DNA of 64,000 nt, from NCBI GenBank assembly GCA_030059675.1, contig JANVYQ010000007.1, positions 23,001 through 87,000 of the forward strand, given 5' to 3'. Below are positions 37,338-47,225 of this stretch, piece after piece. The notes under the pieces were generated by a model. The model saw only the letters and a program-made list of their open reading frames with translations. It did not search any database and had not been told where the DNA came from. The translations under genes were made by a program, and so were the position numbers. The stretch comes from Candidatus Pelearchaeum maunauluense (lineage in GTDB: Archaea > Thermoproteota > Nitrososphaeria_A > Caldarchaeales > Caldarchaeaceae). Position 1 is the stretch's first letter, and every line of letters begins with the position of its first letter.

Positions 37338-38531
37338 GTGTTGGTGGTTGATGGTCAATTCTGGGGAGGCATCGTGCTATTTTTCCAAGTTTTGGCTGCT
37401 CTCGCATGGCTGGGCATAGCGTTAGCCAGACGCCGCATACTACGGATGCTTCCCCAGCTGAATGTTAAAGATGAATCACAGGCTTTACCTTCTACTGTGT
37501 CAGTTATAATACCCGCGAGAAACGAGGAGAAGAACATAGGCAGGTGCATAGAGAGCATTATACACCAGCTAGATGAGAAGGGTGAGATTATAGTTGTTGA
37601 TGACTCATCAACAGACTCCACGCGTGAAGTTGTGCGTCGCTACTCCAAGCATGGTGTGAAGCTTATTGAGGCGGGTGAGCTTCCAGAGGGATGGTTGGGA
37701 AAACCTTGGGCATGTTATTTGGGATATACACACAGCAGCGGTGAGTGGCTATTATTCACTGACGCTGATGCAGAGTTTGGGAAAGGATGTATAAGGAATG
37801 CGCTCATTACAGCGCTTGAGCACGGCGCTGAGCTGGCTACACAGTATCCACGGATGAGGATGCGTAGTATATGGTTAAAGGCTGCGCTTCCCATACTTCT
37901 ACTCGCTCTCTATGCGTTTGGGAGGCCGCATAAAGTATCTAGTGGTGAGGCTGCATTTGCTTTTGGGAGCTTCATACTCATTAGACGCGATGTTTATGAG
38001 AAGCTCGGCGGCCATGAGAGGGTTAGAGACGCTGTCTTGGAAGACCGTGCAATAGCGCTTTTGGCGCGCGACGCTCGGGTAAGGACTCTTTTCTTGGATG
38101 GAACAAACAGCATGACCGCTGAGTGGAATAATAGTCTAAAGAGTCTCTGGAATGGGATGGTACGGCTCTTCACAACGCTCTACATAGGTTCAAGCAAGAA
38201 GTCCATCATAAACGCATTCATGTTAATCATACTGTTCATATTCCCATTAGCTTCATTAGCGTATTCACTTGCTTACAACATACCTACCTACATCCTCTTG
38301 GCGTCTCTCTCCACAGTCTTGATAAGCTACGTTATTGGAGAGGAGCTCAGGAAGCATCGTATATCTTTCATATACTCGGTCTTATGGCCTCTTGGAGTTT
38401 TACTAATACTCTGTGCAGTAATAGTTTCTGGATTCAAAGCTACTTTAAGACCCTTGTTTAGGTGGCGGAATAGGCTATACCGAGTTGAGGCTTATGATGG
38501 TAGGGAGAGGGCAGTCATTCTTTCTGCATAA
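37338..38531 (+). CDS. glycosyltransferase family 2 (HpnB/CrtQ-like, membrane)
   Basis: VSVIIPARNEE, VDD.STD, LP.GW.GKPWAC, FTDAD, GGH..V...VLED, C-terminal TMs and W.NR.Y. Confidence 0.9.
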   Translation: MLVVDGQFWGGIVLFFQVLAALAWLGIALARRRILRMLPQLNVKDESQALPSTVSVIIPARNEEKNIGRCIESIIHQLDEKGEIIVVDDSSTDSTREVVRRYSKHGVKLIEAGELPEGWLGKPWACYLGYTHSSGEWLLFTDADAEFGKGCIRNALITALEHGAELATQYPRMRMRSIWLKAALPILLLALYAFGRPHKVSSGEAAFAFGSFILIRRDVYEKLGGHERVRDAVLEDRAIALLARDARVRTLFLDGTNSMTAEWNNSLKSLWNGMVRLFTTLYIGSSKKSIINAFMLIILFIFPLASLAYSLAYNIPTYILLASLSTVLISYVIGEELRKHRISFIYSVLWPLGVLLILCAVIVSGFKATLRPLFRWRNRLYRVEAYDGRERAVILSA

Positions 38532-39661
38532 TTAGTATGCTCTCCCTGCTCTCGCCTATTTTTATGACACGCCGCGTAGTTGCCGCTCTCTTATTTACGG
38601 CGATTATCCTCTTAACGGTAAATCCAACATCAGCGGCGAGACGCGCTAGAGGTATGTCAACGTCTATCACCCTATCGGGGAAAACTCCACCGCCCACCAC
38701 CATAGCGACTTTCCCACCATACTTGAGAACCCTAAACAACTCGCCGAACACCTTTAGCATATCACTAAAGTAAGCCCGCGCTATAGGCGGCATCTCTATA
38801 TCGAGAAGAGGTTCGCTGACAGGCTCTTTAGGCGTTAAACTGATGTAAGCCCTCAGTGGGTCTATCTTAACGTTGGGAAAAAAGAGCTCGTACTCGGGCC
38901 AGTAAGCTTTTGTATATTCTATCTTGTTTAGATAGGGTGGGGAGGTTATAACGACGTCAAACATTTCATCTTCTAAAAACTCCAGCATACGCGCGTCTCC
39001 CCTGAATATCTCAGCTGCTACAGGCTCCAGACGCGGTCGCTCCACATCTTTAATCATCATCTTAACTACGCGTCCAAACATCTTGCGTAATGATGGTGGC
39101 CTGGGTATGTCTTTTCTAATCTTGATTACAGCCCCATCGCGGTATATGTATGAGGTCTTCTCGGCCGCATTCATTAGAGCCAAGATGAAAAACTCGCGCA
39201 GTGTATCGTCTTCTATTTCATTTATCTTCTCACGGAGAAAAACTAAATCTTCTAAAGCATACTTGGAGAAGAGCTGTCTTACAAATCCATTTATGCCACG
39301 TATGTCTGGTCTTATGAATCTTTGAGCGATAATCTTCTCGCGGGTTTTCCTGAGTATATCTACATCGTAATCTCGTGTCTTTACGCGCGAGACCATGACG
39401 AAGAGAGGTGAGACATCAACACCTATACTCGCGATTCCAGCCTCACGGCACGCTAGGCATGTTGTACCGACTCCTAGAAATGGGTCTAAAACAAGATGCC
39501 CCCTCTCCACCTTAAGCTCCTTTAACATTAAGAGAACAAAATCGCGTGAAAATCCTTCTTTAAAGAAAAAACCACCTATGCCTTGGGTAGTTTTTATTTG
39601 GTATAAACGTAACTAGGCGGCCTAGGTTATAATTCTCCTCAATAGGAGGTAGTCGGCTCAA
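38515..39661 (-). pseudogene. orphan N4/N6 DNA methyltransferase with +1 frameshift near 5' end (~39561-39571)
   Basis: LDPFLGVGTT (motif I), TSPPYLN (motif IV). An upstream TTG at 39661 overlapping the pfpI stop gives MSRLPPIEENYNLGRLVTFIPNKNYPRHRWFFL*, and the next frame continues KEGFSRDFVLLMLKEL; total span 1147 nt = 3n+1. Confidence 0.8.
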
Positions 39662-40200
39662 AGTTTTGTCTCCGCCTTCTTAAGTTCTTTCGCCGCCTCG
39701 ATCAGCGTTTTGAGGAAGAAAGGAAGGTCTGCGGGTATGCGTGATGTTATTAAGTTTCTATCCCGCACGACTGGTGTGTCCATGTATATTGCCCCCGCGT
39801 TCTCCACATCATCCTTTATAGCCGAGACGCAGGTGAGCTTAAATCCCCTCAACACTTTTGCCGATATGAGTATCTGAGCACCATGACATATTGCGGCGAC
39901 GGGCTTTCCCGACAGGAAGAATTCTCTCACAAAATTCACAACCTCAGGTATCCTTCTTAGCCTGTCAGGAGCCCAGCCTCCAGGTATTACAAGTATATCA
40001 AAATCTTCAGGATTAGCCTGCTCTATTGCTAGGTCGGCCACGACCGATAGGCCATGCTTGCCCCTATACTCCTGCCTCGCTGGGCCCACTACACGTACCT
40101 CAGCGCCCTCTTCCTGTAGTCTTATAAGCGGGTAATGGAGCTCTAGGTCCTCATAATCAGGCCCCGCCAGGATAGCTACCTTAAGCCCTTCTAAGCTCAA
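39658..40200 (-). CDS. pfpI: PfpI/DJ-1 family intracellular protease/glyoxalase
   Basis: YEDLEL.YP, IPGG.APD.LR, AAICHG, LITSR.P.DL. Confidence 0.93.
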   Translation of the reverse strand: MSLEGLKVAILAGPDYEDLELHYPLIRLQEEGAEVRVVGPARQEYRGKHGLSVVADLAIEQANPEDFDILVIPGGWAPDRLRRIPEVVNFVREFFLSGKPVAAICHGAQILISAKVLRGFKLTCVSAIKDDVENAGAIYMDTPVVRDRNLITSRIPADLPFFLKTLIEAAKELKKAETKL

Positions 40201-40328
40201 CCCAACAACCCCTCTCTAGCTTCTGTCGTAGATACTTGCCTCCCAAAATACCCTAATTACGCAGCATTCAGCTCAACGCCAATTCTTAAATAAGGGAGAG
40301 AGCAAAACTAACCCTTGGTGCAGAAAGT

Positions 40329-40643
40329 TTGGCCGAGAAGCCGAAACTAGAAGACATAATAAACGCTCTCAAGAACGTATACGACCCAGAGATACCTGTC
40401 AATATCGTTGATTTGGGCTTACTGTATGATGTTCAAGTGCGCGATGATAATAGTGTGTATGTTAAGATGACGCTAACAGCTCCAGGCTGTCCTATAGGCG
40501 CTTTTATCACAGAGCAGGTGAAGGAAGCTATAACAACGTTGGTTGAGGGGGTTAAGGATGTGCAAGTCGAACTGACGTTTGACCCGCCCTGGACCCCCGA
40601 CAGGATGAGCGAAGAAGCAAAAGCCATGCTGGGCTTCGTCTAA
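40329..40643 (+). CDS. metal-sulfur cluster assembly factor (DUF59/SufT)
   Basis: VYDPEIPVNIVDLGLLY, MTLTAPGCP, FDPPW..DRMS. Confidence 0.95.
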   Translation: MAEKPKLEDIINALKNVYDPEIPVNIVDLGLLYDVQVRDDNSVYVKMTLTAPGCPIGAFITEQVKEAITTLVEGVKDVQVELTFDPPWTPDRMSEEAKAMLGFV

Positions 40644-40687
40644 AGGGCTCTCACATATTTATTTCTGGATATAAACGCTCAAAGCAA

Positions 40688-43021
40688 ATGGGAATGGAGC
40701 TAAAGCCATCAATCGAGGAGAAATTCTGGAACCCCCGCTTCGAGCCTCCGCTAATGGAAAAATGGAGAGAAGAGAAGCTATACTCTTTCAAGATAAACTC
40801 GCGGAAGAAGAAGTTTGTTATAGACACGCCTCCCCCATATCCTTCGGGTAGGCCCTGGCATATAGGGGCCGCTGCCCAGTATTCGCAGATTGACATGATA
40901 GCACGAACTGCGCGGATGTTGGGATATGAGACATACTTCCCGATAGGTATAGATAGGAATGGACTTCCGGTGGAGATATTCACGGAGAAGCGCTACGGCG
41001 TTTCCATCAGAGATACACCGCGCGAGAAGTTCATCGAGCTTTGTTCCAAATCCCTAGACGAGCTGGAAGCGGAGATGATACAAATAATGAAGAGAATGGG
41101 CCTTAGTGGCGATTTTGATAATTATTACAGGACGGACTCTCCAGTTTATCGTGAGCTTACGCAGAGCACGTTCCTCAAGCTTTGGAAGAAGGGGCTGATA
41201 TACGAGTCTTCACGGCCAAATAACTACTGCCATGTATGTGGTACAACAATAGCCGATGCTGAGGTGGAGTATGAAGAGATACCCGCGCGGCTTGTTTATA
41301 TCAAATTCAACCTTACGGAAGGCGGAGAGATAACCATAGCAACAACCAGGCCAGAGCTTCTATGCTCATGCAGAGCTGTAATAGTTAATCCAGAAGACGA
41401 GCGTTATAGGGATCGTCATGGAAAGACTGTGATTGTCCCCCTGTATGGGCGTGAGGTTCCTATAATCCCCCACCCAGCGGCTAAGCCCGAGTTCGGTACT
41501 GGGGCTGTGATGGTGTGCAGCTATGGCGATTATATGGATGTACAGTTATTCAGGGAGCTTGGCCTTGAGGAGATCATAGCGATAGGCGAAGATGGGCGTA
41601 TGACGAGCGCAGCAGGCAAGTTCGCGGGGCTAACCGTTGAGGAGGCGCGGGAAGCAGTTATTAAAGAGCTAGAATCCGAGGGCAGGGTATCGAGGATTGA
41701 AGAGATTACCCACAATACGCCCATCTGCGAGCGGAGCAAGAATCCAATAGAGATAATATCGATGAAAGAGTATTACTTAAAGCAACTTGATTTTTCAGAC
41801 GACCTTAAACGCTTAGCGGATAGGATGAAGTTTCACCCCAGTCATCATAAGCAGCTTCTCCTTGATTGGATAAGCTCCCTTAGAATAGACTGGCCTATTT
41901 CGCGGAGGCGCTATTATGCCACTGAGATACCAATATGGTATTGTAAGTCATGCGGAACGCCGCATATACCTCCTGGAGGGAGATACTATCAGCCTTGGCG
42001 TGAGAAGGCACCGTTTGATAAATGCAGGAAATGCGGCTCTACGGAGTTTGTTGGGGAAACCAGGACATTTGATACATGGATGGACTCAAGCATCTCGCCA
42101 CTATTCATCATAATGGATAGACGCTCTAAGAAGATTAGATGGTCTCTATATCCTACGGGCATAAGACCACAGGGTAAGGACATAGTCAGGACATGGCTCT
42201 ACTATACCGTGCTTCGCTGCTATCAATTAACTGGTAGAGAACCATTTCGCCATGTTTGGATAGGTGGCCTGGGGCTTGACGAGCATGGGGAGAAGATGAG
42301 CAAGAGTAAGGGGAACGTTATAGACCCCTTCCCCATCCTTGAGAAATATGGCGCTGACTGCTTCAGGTTTTGGTGTGCCCAAGAAGCAAGCCTAGGGGAG
42401 GACTTTAGGATATCCGAGGCGCGCATAGCCAGTGCGGGGAAGTTTCTCACGAAGCTCTGGAATGTGGCGAGATACGTCTCTTCATTCCCCCAACCCCGCA
42501 ATACGCGTCTAACATCCACAGATAAGTGGATACTGGCGGAGCTATCCCTTCTAGTTGAGGAGTGTCTAAAGGGGTATAAGGACTTTAACTTCTTCGTACC
42601 AGCTACAAAGATACGCGACTTTCTCTGGAATACCTTCGCCGCCCATTATGTTGAGATGTCTAAACCCCGCGCTTATGCGATAGGCTTCAACGAGTCTGAG
42701 CAGCGTGCCGCTTGGAAAACACTCCATACATGCCTTAAGACATGCCTAATACTCCTAGCCCCCATCACACCGTTCATAACCGACATACTATGGCGGAAGC
42801 TCTACGGCAGAAAGAGCATACACTTACAGCGTTTTCCGAAGCCAGCATGGAATAAGCAATATGCAGCTTATACTGAAAAGATTAAGGAGTTTAATTCAAC
42901 GGTGTGGGCTTTGAAGAAGTCTAAAGGGATTTCGCTGAAAGAGGGGATAAAATACGAGATTCCGCGGGAGCTTAGAATATTTGAGAAAGATTTGGTGGCC
43001 ATGCACAGGCTTGAGAGATGA
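40688..43021 (+). CDS. valS: valyl-tRNA synthetase
   Basis: IDTPPPYPSG..WHIG, ATTRPELL, GTGAVMVC, DWPISRRR, DTWMDSS, KMSKSKGN. Confidence 0.95.
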   Translation: MGMELKPSIEEKFWNPRFEPPLMEKWREEKLYSFKINSRKKKFVIDTPPPYPSGRPWHIGAAAQYSQIDMIARTARMLGYETYFPIGIDRNGLPVEIFTEKRYGVSIRDTPREKFIELCSKSLDELEAEMIQIMKRMGLSGDFDNYYRTDSPVYRELTQSTFLKLWKKGLIYESSRPNNYCHVCGTTIADAEVEYEEIPARLVYIKFNLTEGGEITIATTRPELLCSCRAVIVNPEDERYRDRHGKTVIVPLYGREVPIIPHPAAKPEFGTGAVMVCSYGDYMDVQLFRELGLEEIIAIGEDGRMTSAAGKFAGLTVEEAREAVIKELESEGRVSRIEEITHNTPICERSKNPIEIISMKEYYLKQLDFSDDLKRLADRMKFHPSHHKQLLLDWISSLRIDWPISRRRYYATEIPIWYCKSCGTPHIPPGGRYYQPWREKAPFDKCRKCGSTEFVGETRTFDTWMDSSISPLFIIMDRRSKKIRWSLYPTGIRPQGKDIVRTWLYYTVLRCYQLTGREPFRHVWIGGLGLDEHGEKMSKSKGNVIDPFPILEKYGADCFRFWCAQEASLGEDFRISEARIASAGKFLTKLWNVARYVSSFPQPRNTRLTSTDKWILAELSLLVEECLKGYKDFNFFVPATKIRDFLWNTFAAHYVEMSKPRAYAIGFNESEQRAAWKTLHTCLKTCLILLAPITPFITDILWRKLYGRKSIHLQRFPKPAWNKQYAAYTEKIKEFNSTVWALKKSKGISLKEGIKYEIPRELRIFEKDLVAMHRLER

Positions 43022-43033
43022 GAGAGGCGTCTG

Positions 43034-43639
43034 GTGAGGTTGGGAAAGCGTAAACCCGAGCTTACTGTTGGTGCATTCATAATACGAAGAGATGGAAAAA
43101 TGCTTTTGGTAAAAAGCCCTAAGTGGGGAGGCCGCTACTCCATACCAGGAGGCCACGTGGAATACGGAGAGACGATAGCGAAGGCTGTCGCGCGCGAGGC
43201 GTATGAGGAGGTGAGCCTACGCGTGAAGCCGCTAAGCCTATTCATGATACAAGAGGTGATAAATCCCAGTGAATTCTTTGAGAGAGACAGGCATTTCATC
43301 TTCTTTGACGTTCTATGCGCTGCTCTCAGCGATAATGTGCAGGTTGATGGGAAGGAAATCGTAGATTATGTGTGGGTTTATCCGCGTGAAGCTTCTAAGC
43401 TACCGCTGGAGAGATATACGAGAAGACTCGTTTCCGAATATATTCGGATTTGCCGAAAAACGGCCAAGAGAAACCGTCCAGCCGCTACGATACTTGCACT
43501 TAAACGCTTTCCTCAAAATTTTACGCCTAAACTAGAGTTTGATGTATGCTTAAATTCTAGAATGCGGAGCCGCTCGTTTAAGCGGAATGCGACTTCGCGA
43601 ATACGTCAGTCTCACAAAGCCCAAAATAGCCTTCCTTAA
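43034..43639 (+). CDS. Nudix hydrolase
   Basis: PGGHVEYGET...AVAREAYEE Nudix box; last ~55 aa look like run-on through the cyoE promoter region. Confidence 0.88.
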   Translation: MRLGKRKPELTVGAFIIRRDGKMLLVKSPKWGGRYSIPGGHVEYGETIAKAVAREAYEEVSLRVKPLSLFMIQEVINPSEFFERDRHFIFFDVLCAALSDNVQVDGKEIVDYVWVYPREASKLPLERYTRRLVSEYIRICRKTAKRNRPAATILALKRFPQNFTPKLEFDVCLNSRMRSRSFKRNATSRIRQSHKAQNSLP

Positions 43640-44444
43640 CATACTCACAGCTGTTACAGCCTTCCTCCTTGCGGGAGGTGGAGCTACTGAGCGGCTCCTT
43701 ATACTAATTCTAGCTGGTTATTTTGCGGTAGGCGGCGCGAGTGCGATAAACCACTATATTGACAGGGATATTGACGCTACTATGCAGAGAACCAGAAATA
43801 GACCTCTTCCCAGCGGCAGGCTTAGCCCAGCCGTTAAAGCAATAATCTTTGGAGTTGTACTCAGCGTATCGGCTGTAATAATAGCTACGCTATTCCTAAA
43901 TTTACTTACAGCCTTCTTCATAGGCCTTGGGATACTAATCTACATTCTCGTCTATACTATATGGCTTAAACGTAGGACTCCCTGGAATATAGTTATAGGC
44001 GGTTCTGCTGGAAGCTGCTCCCCGCTTGCTGGCTGGGCAGCCGCTGCGGATAACATAACACTCCTATCCATTCTCCTGGCTATACTGGTATTTTTATGGA
44101 CTCCTGGACATTTCTGGGGCCTGGCGCTCCGCGCAGAACAGGAGTATAAGAGAGCTGGCTTGCCTATGCTCCCCACCGTGGCAGGTAGAAATACCACAGC
44201 TAAACTCATAGCAGTTTCAAACTTCATTACAGTTGCATGCTGGCTCGCTATAGCATTCTTGCTTAAATCCAGCATATCCTACCTGATAATAACCGCGCCG
44301 CTCACATTATGGATAGCGGTTGACAGCATACGTTTAATCCACAGGCCAGATGATAACCTGGCTTGGAGAATATTCAAGATCTCAAGCCCGTGGCTTGCGG
44401 TTTTGATGCTCGGCTCGCTTATGCATGTAGTTGTAGGCTTTTAA
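43587..44444 (+). CDS. cyoE: protoheme IX farnesyltransferase (heme O synthase)
   Basis: LTKP.I, N.YIDRDIDA.M.RT..RPLPSG, YT.WLKRRT..NIVIGG, WTP.HFW.L. Confidence 0.96.
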   Translation: MRLREYVSLTKPKIAFLNILTAVTAFLLAGGGATERLLILILAGYFAVGGASAINHYIDRDIDATMQRTRNRPLPSGRLSPAVKAIIFGVVLSVSAVIIATLFLNLLTAFFIGLGILIYILVYTIWLKRRTPWNIVIGGSAGSCSPLAGWAAAADNITLLSILLAILVFLWTPGHFWGLALRAEQEYKRAGLPMLPTVAGRNTTAKLIAVSNFITVACWLAIAFLLKSSISYLIITAPLTLWIAVDSIRLIHRPDDNLAWRIFKISSPWLAVLMLGSLMHVVVGF

Positions 44445-45142
44445 TCCAGCTTTATCGGAATATCGTCTTTAGCGAATATTACAGAACCATCAAGGGTCAT
44501 GAACATCTTAACGGCGTGCATTTCAACTCCCATTCTACTAGCTTTACGCAGCAGCTCCGGCATTATAGGGTCCCCCTCTACGCATGGCTTGAATCCTATA
44601 GCGTCGGGATGAGCCGCTACGAAGCTGATTACCGCCCTTGACCGTCTAGCAACCCTCATTAAGGTCTCCACATGCCTACGGCCGCGAAGAGACGGAGAGT
44701 CTGGATACATCGCGTATCTATCCTTATCCAAGTATACGGCTGATTTCAGCTCTAGGTATCCGCGCCTACCTGCATCATCCCTTAGTCCATAGTCTATTCT
44801 AGAACCATAAACCGTAATCTCTTTCTCATTTATTCTATACGGCTTAAGCCACGAGACAACATTATTAATGCATGCATCTTCAAAACATCTTGCTTGCGTA
44901 TATGTATCGAGTATCGCTGCCCGTTCTCCATGTGGGGCTCCTATGACTATTGCGTGTGTTTTTCCACGTGGATTGGGCTGAACCAGTATGCGTGCTCCTT
45001 GATAGATATAGTCGTGGAGCCTTCCAGTATTTCTTAAATGGCATAGAAATCTCAAGCCATCGGTCTCGGCAAGAACCGAAACTCTAGAGAGCCTAGCTAT
45101 TACCTCTGCCTCGATCACATCAAGCTTAAACGACCTATACAC
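44441..45142 (-). CDS. sfsA: SfsA family DNA/RNA nuclease
   Basis: CHL.NTGRL, SRIDY, YLELKS, MYPD.PS.RG.RH..L, F.P....DP. Confidence 0.92.
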   Translation of the reverse strand: MYRSFKLDVIEAEVIARLSRVSVLAETDGLRFLCHLRNTGRLHDYIYQGARILVQPNPRGKTHAIVIGAPHGERAAILDTYTQARCFEDACINNVVSWLKPYRINEKEITVYGSRIDYGLRDDAGRRGYLELKSAVYLDKDRYAMYPDSPSLRGRRHVETLMRVARRSRAVISFVAAHPDAIGFKPCVEGDPIMPELLRKASRMGVEMHAVKMFMTLDGSVIFAKDDIPIKLD

Positions 45143-45168
45143 CTCCTAACACAACCATCCTATCAGTG

Positions 45169-45942
45169 CTAGATATTCTTCTCTCCCACAGCAGGGTGCC
45201 AATAAAACCTTTTCCTCACCCATTTCAGATAGGCGTCGTCAAGCTCGTTGGTTAAAACGTAGTCGTGGATAAACTTGAGATGCTCTCTAATCAGTTGATG
45301 CGCCCTTTCGTAGGATACCTCCCCTTTTGTTTCCAACTCGCGTTTGAGAATCTCAAGCGGCGTGAAGAAGTATGGCTGGTCTATATATTTCAGCCAAGTC
45401 TTGAACCTTGTCTTCAGCTCTTCATGGAAGAACCTGCCCTCAACACCAGCCAAGCATATGCTCTTATCATACACGGAGGCTTCGGACTCCATCATCTCCA
45501 CTTCACGCTTCACGGCTTCACGAGCTGCTTCGTTCTCCCGTTTAAGCTCCTCCAGCCATCTCTTGACATCTATCTTCCCCCTAAGCGTATCGCGAATCGT
45601 TAAGAGAGCTATCTGGTGGCTTGTCCTAACACCCATCTCAAAACCAGTCAAATCCTTATAGCAGTATGTGAGTATGCTGTCTCCCAGCTCCTTTAGCTTT
45701 CTTAATATAGGCTCGCTATCCTTTAGCCATGCTTCAACAGGCTCTGGAAGTAGCTTACGCTTTCTAGCCTCCTCCACAAGCTCCCTATAATCCAGGCCTA
45801 CGGGTATCTCAGCTACCAGATGGTCTATCGACTTGGGTAGGTTTAGGAAGAGGGCCTCACAATCCCTGTTTAACATTCTTGCAGCCTTCTCGCTGCTCTT
45901 CTTTAGAGGAGGCTTAACCAGTATTCCAAGCTCCTTCTCCAT
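45169..45942 (-). CDS. hypothetical protein
   Basis: 257-aa ORF with coding-like composition in a co-oriented run; no family recognised. Confidence 0.7.
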   Translation of the reverse strand: MEKELGILVKPPLKKSSEKAARMLNRDCEALFLNLPKSIDHLVAEIPVGLDYRELVEEARKRKLLPEPVEAWLKDSEPILRKLKELGDSILTYCYKDLTGFEMGVRTSHQIALLTIRDTLRGKIDVKRWLEELKRENEAAREAVKREVEMMESEASVYDKSICLAGVEGRFFHEELKTRFKTWLKYIDQPYFFTPLEILKRELETKGEVSYERAHQLIREHLKFIHDYVLTNELDDAYLKWVRKRFYWHPAVGEKNI

Positions 45943-45998
45943 GCTCCCTAATCTCCATAATGTATTATGGGCGTCTTATAGGCTTGACGCCAACGCGC

Positions 45999-47135
45999 CT
46001 ACCTACTCTCTACAGGAGGGTATTGTAGGTCTAGCGGCCCTGAGTAGCGCGCCCTAGGTCTTATAAGCCTATTATCCTCCCAATACTCAAGTACGTGAGC
46101 GACCCATCCAACTACCCTAGCCGTTGCGAAGAATGGTGTGAATATTTCTTTCGGTATTCCTAACAGTGTGAAAACAGAGCCGGAGTAGAAGTCTATGTTT
46201 GGGAAGATGCCTTTCCCCTTCATCTCGCGTGTCATAACTTTCTCAACCTCGTCAGCTATCATGAGAAGCGTCTTATTTCCCTTAACTTCTGATAGCTTCT
46301 CCAGATATTTTCTTAAGATGCGCGCCCGCGGGTCGTAGGATTTATAGACCCTATGGCCGAAGCCCATGACGCGCTTCTTAGCCCTGAGCGCATCTATCAC
46401 ATACTGCTCGGCTCTTTCAGGAGAGCCTATCTCCAGTATCATCTCAAGCGCTTTCTCGTTTGCTCCGCCGTGTAGGGGGCCTTTCAGAGCCGCAACCCCA
46501 GCGAGTATTGCAGAGTATAGGTCGGATAGTGTTGAGGCAGCTGTTAGCGCTGCCATGGAAGAAGCAGGCAGTTCGTGCTCAGCGTGCAGTATAAACGCCA
46601 CATCCATAACCTTGGCAGATAGCTCATCTACCTCCTCGCCGGTAACCATATGTAAGAAGTTGGCTGCATGAGACATTTCTTTAGACGGCTTAACATAATC
46701 CAGCCCGCGTATGTATCTACTTATGTACGCCGTGAGCGTGGCGGTCTTAGAGATGAGCCGTATTGATTTCCTTATGTTTGCCCCCTTTTCATGCACGTTA
46801 AGCTCAGGGTCATACACTGTGAGGAGGGCAATCCCTGCTTTAAGCAGATCCATCGGATGCGCATTACGGGGCATTAGGTTTAGGGCGTCTACGATCTCCT
46901 TCGGTATTTCTCTCTCCTTCTTGAGCTCCCTGTCAAATGATTCTAGCTCTTCCTTCTTCGTAAGTCTTCTATGAAGAAGCAGGAAGCAAACTTCTTCATA
47001 TGTTGATTTCTCTACGAGCTCCTCGATTGGATAGCCAACATAGTATAGGCGACCCCGCTCTCCATCTACGTATGAGAGTACGGTTTCTTTTACTATTATG
47101 TTGTCAAGCCCTTTATGAAGTTCTACACCGCTCAA
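45999..47135 (-). CDS. gltA: citrate synthase
   Basis: G.L.Y.GY, HAEHE, GPLHGGANE, MGFGHRVYK.YDPRA, PNIDFYSG. Confidence 0.96.
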   Translation of the reverse strand: MSGVELHKGLDNIIVKETVLSYVDGERGRLYYVGYPIEELVEKSTYEEVCFLLLHRRLTKKEELESFDRELKKEREIPKEIVDALNLMPRNAHPMDLLKAGIALLTVYDPELNVHEKGANIRKSIRLISKTATLTAYISRYIRGLDYVKPSKEMSHAANFLHMVTGEEVDELSAKVMDVAFILHAEHELPASSMAALTAASTLSDLYSAILAGVAALKGPLHGGANEKALEMILEIGSPERAEQYVIDALRAKKRVMGFGHRVYKSYDPRARILRKYLEKLSEVKGNKTLLMIADEVEKVMTREMKGKGIFPNIDFYSGSVFTLLGIPKEIFTPFFATARVVGWVAHVLEYWEDNRLIRPRARYSGPLDLQYPPVESR

Positions 47136-47225
47136 ACAGGGTCTCGTATTATTATTCTAGCCATGTTTTGAATTTGATCTTATTTTGCTATTCGTCAAGA
47201 GTCGGCGGGGATAACGACAAATGAA

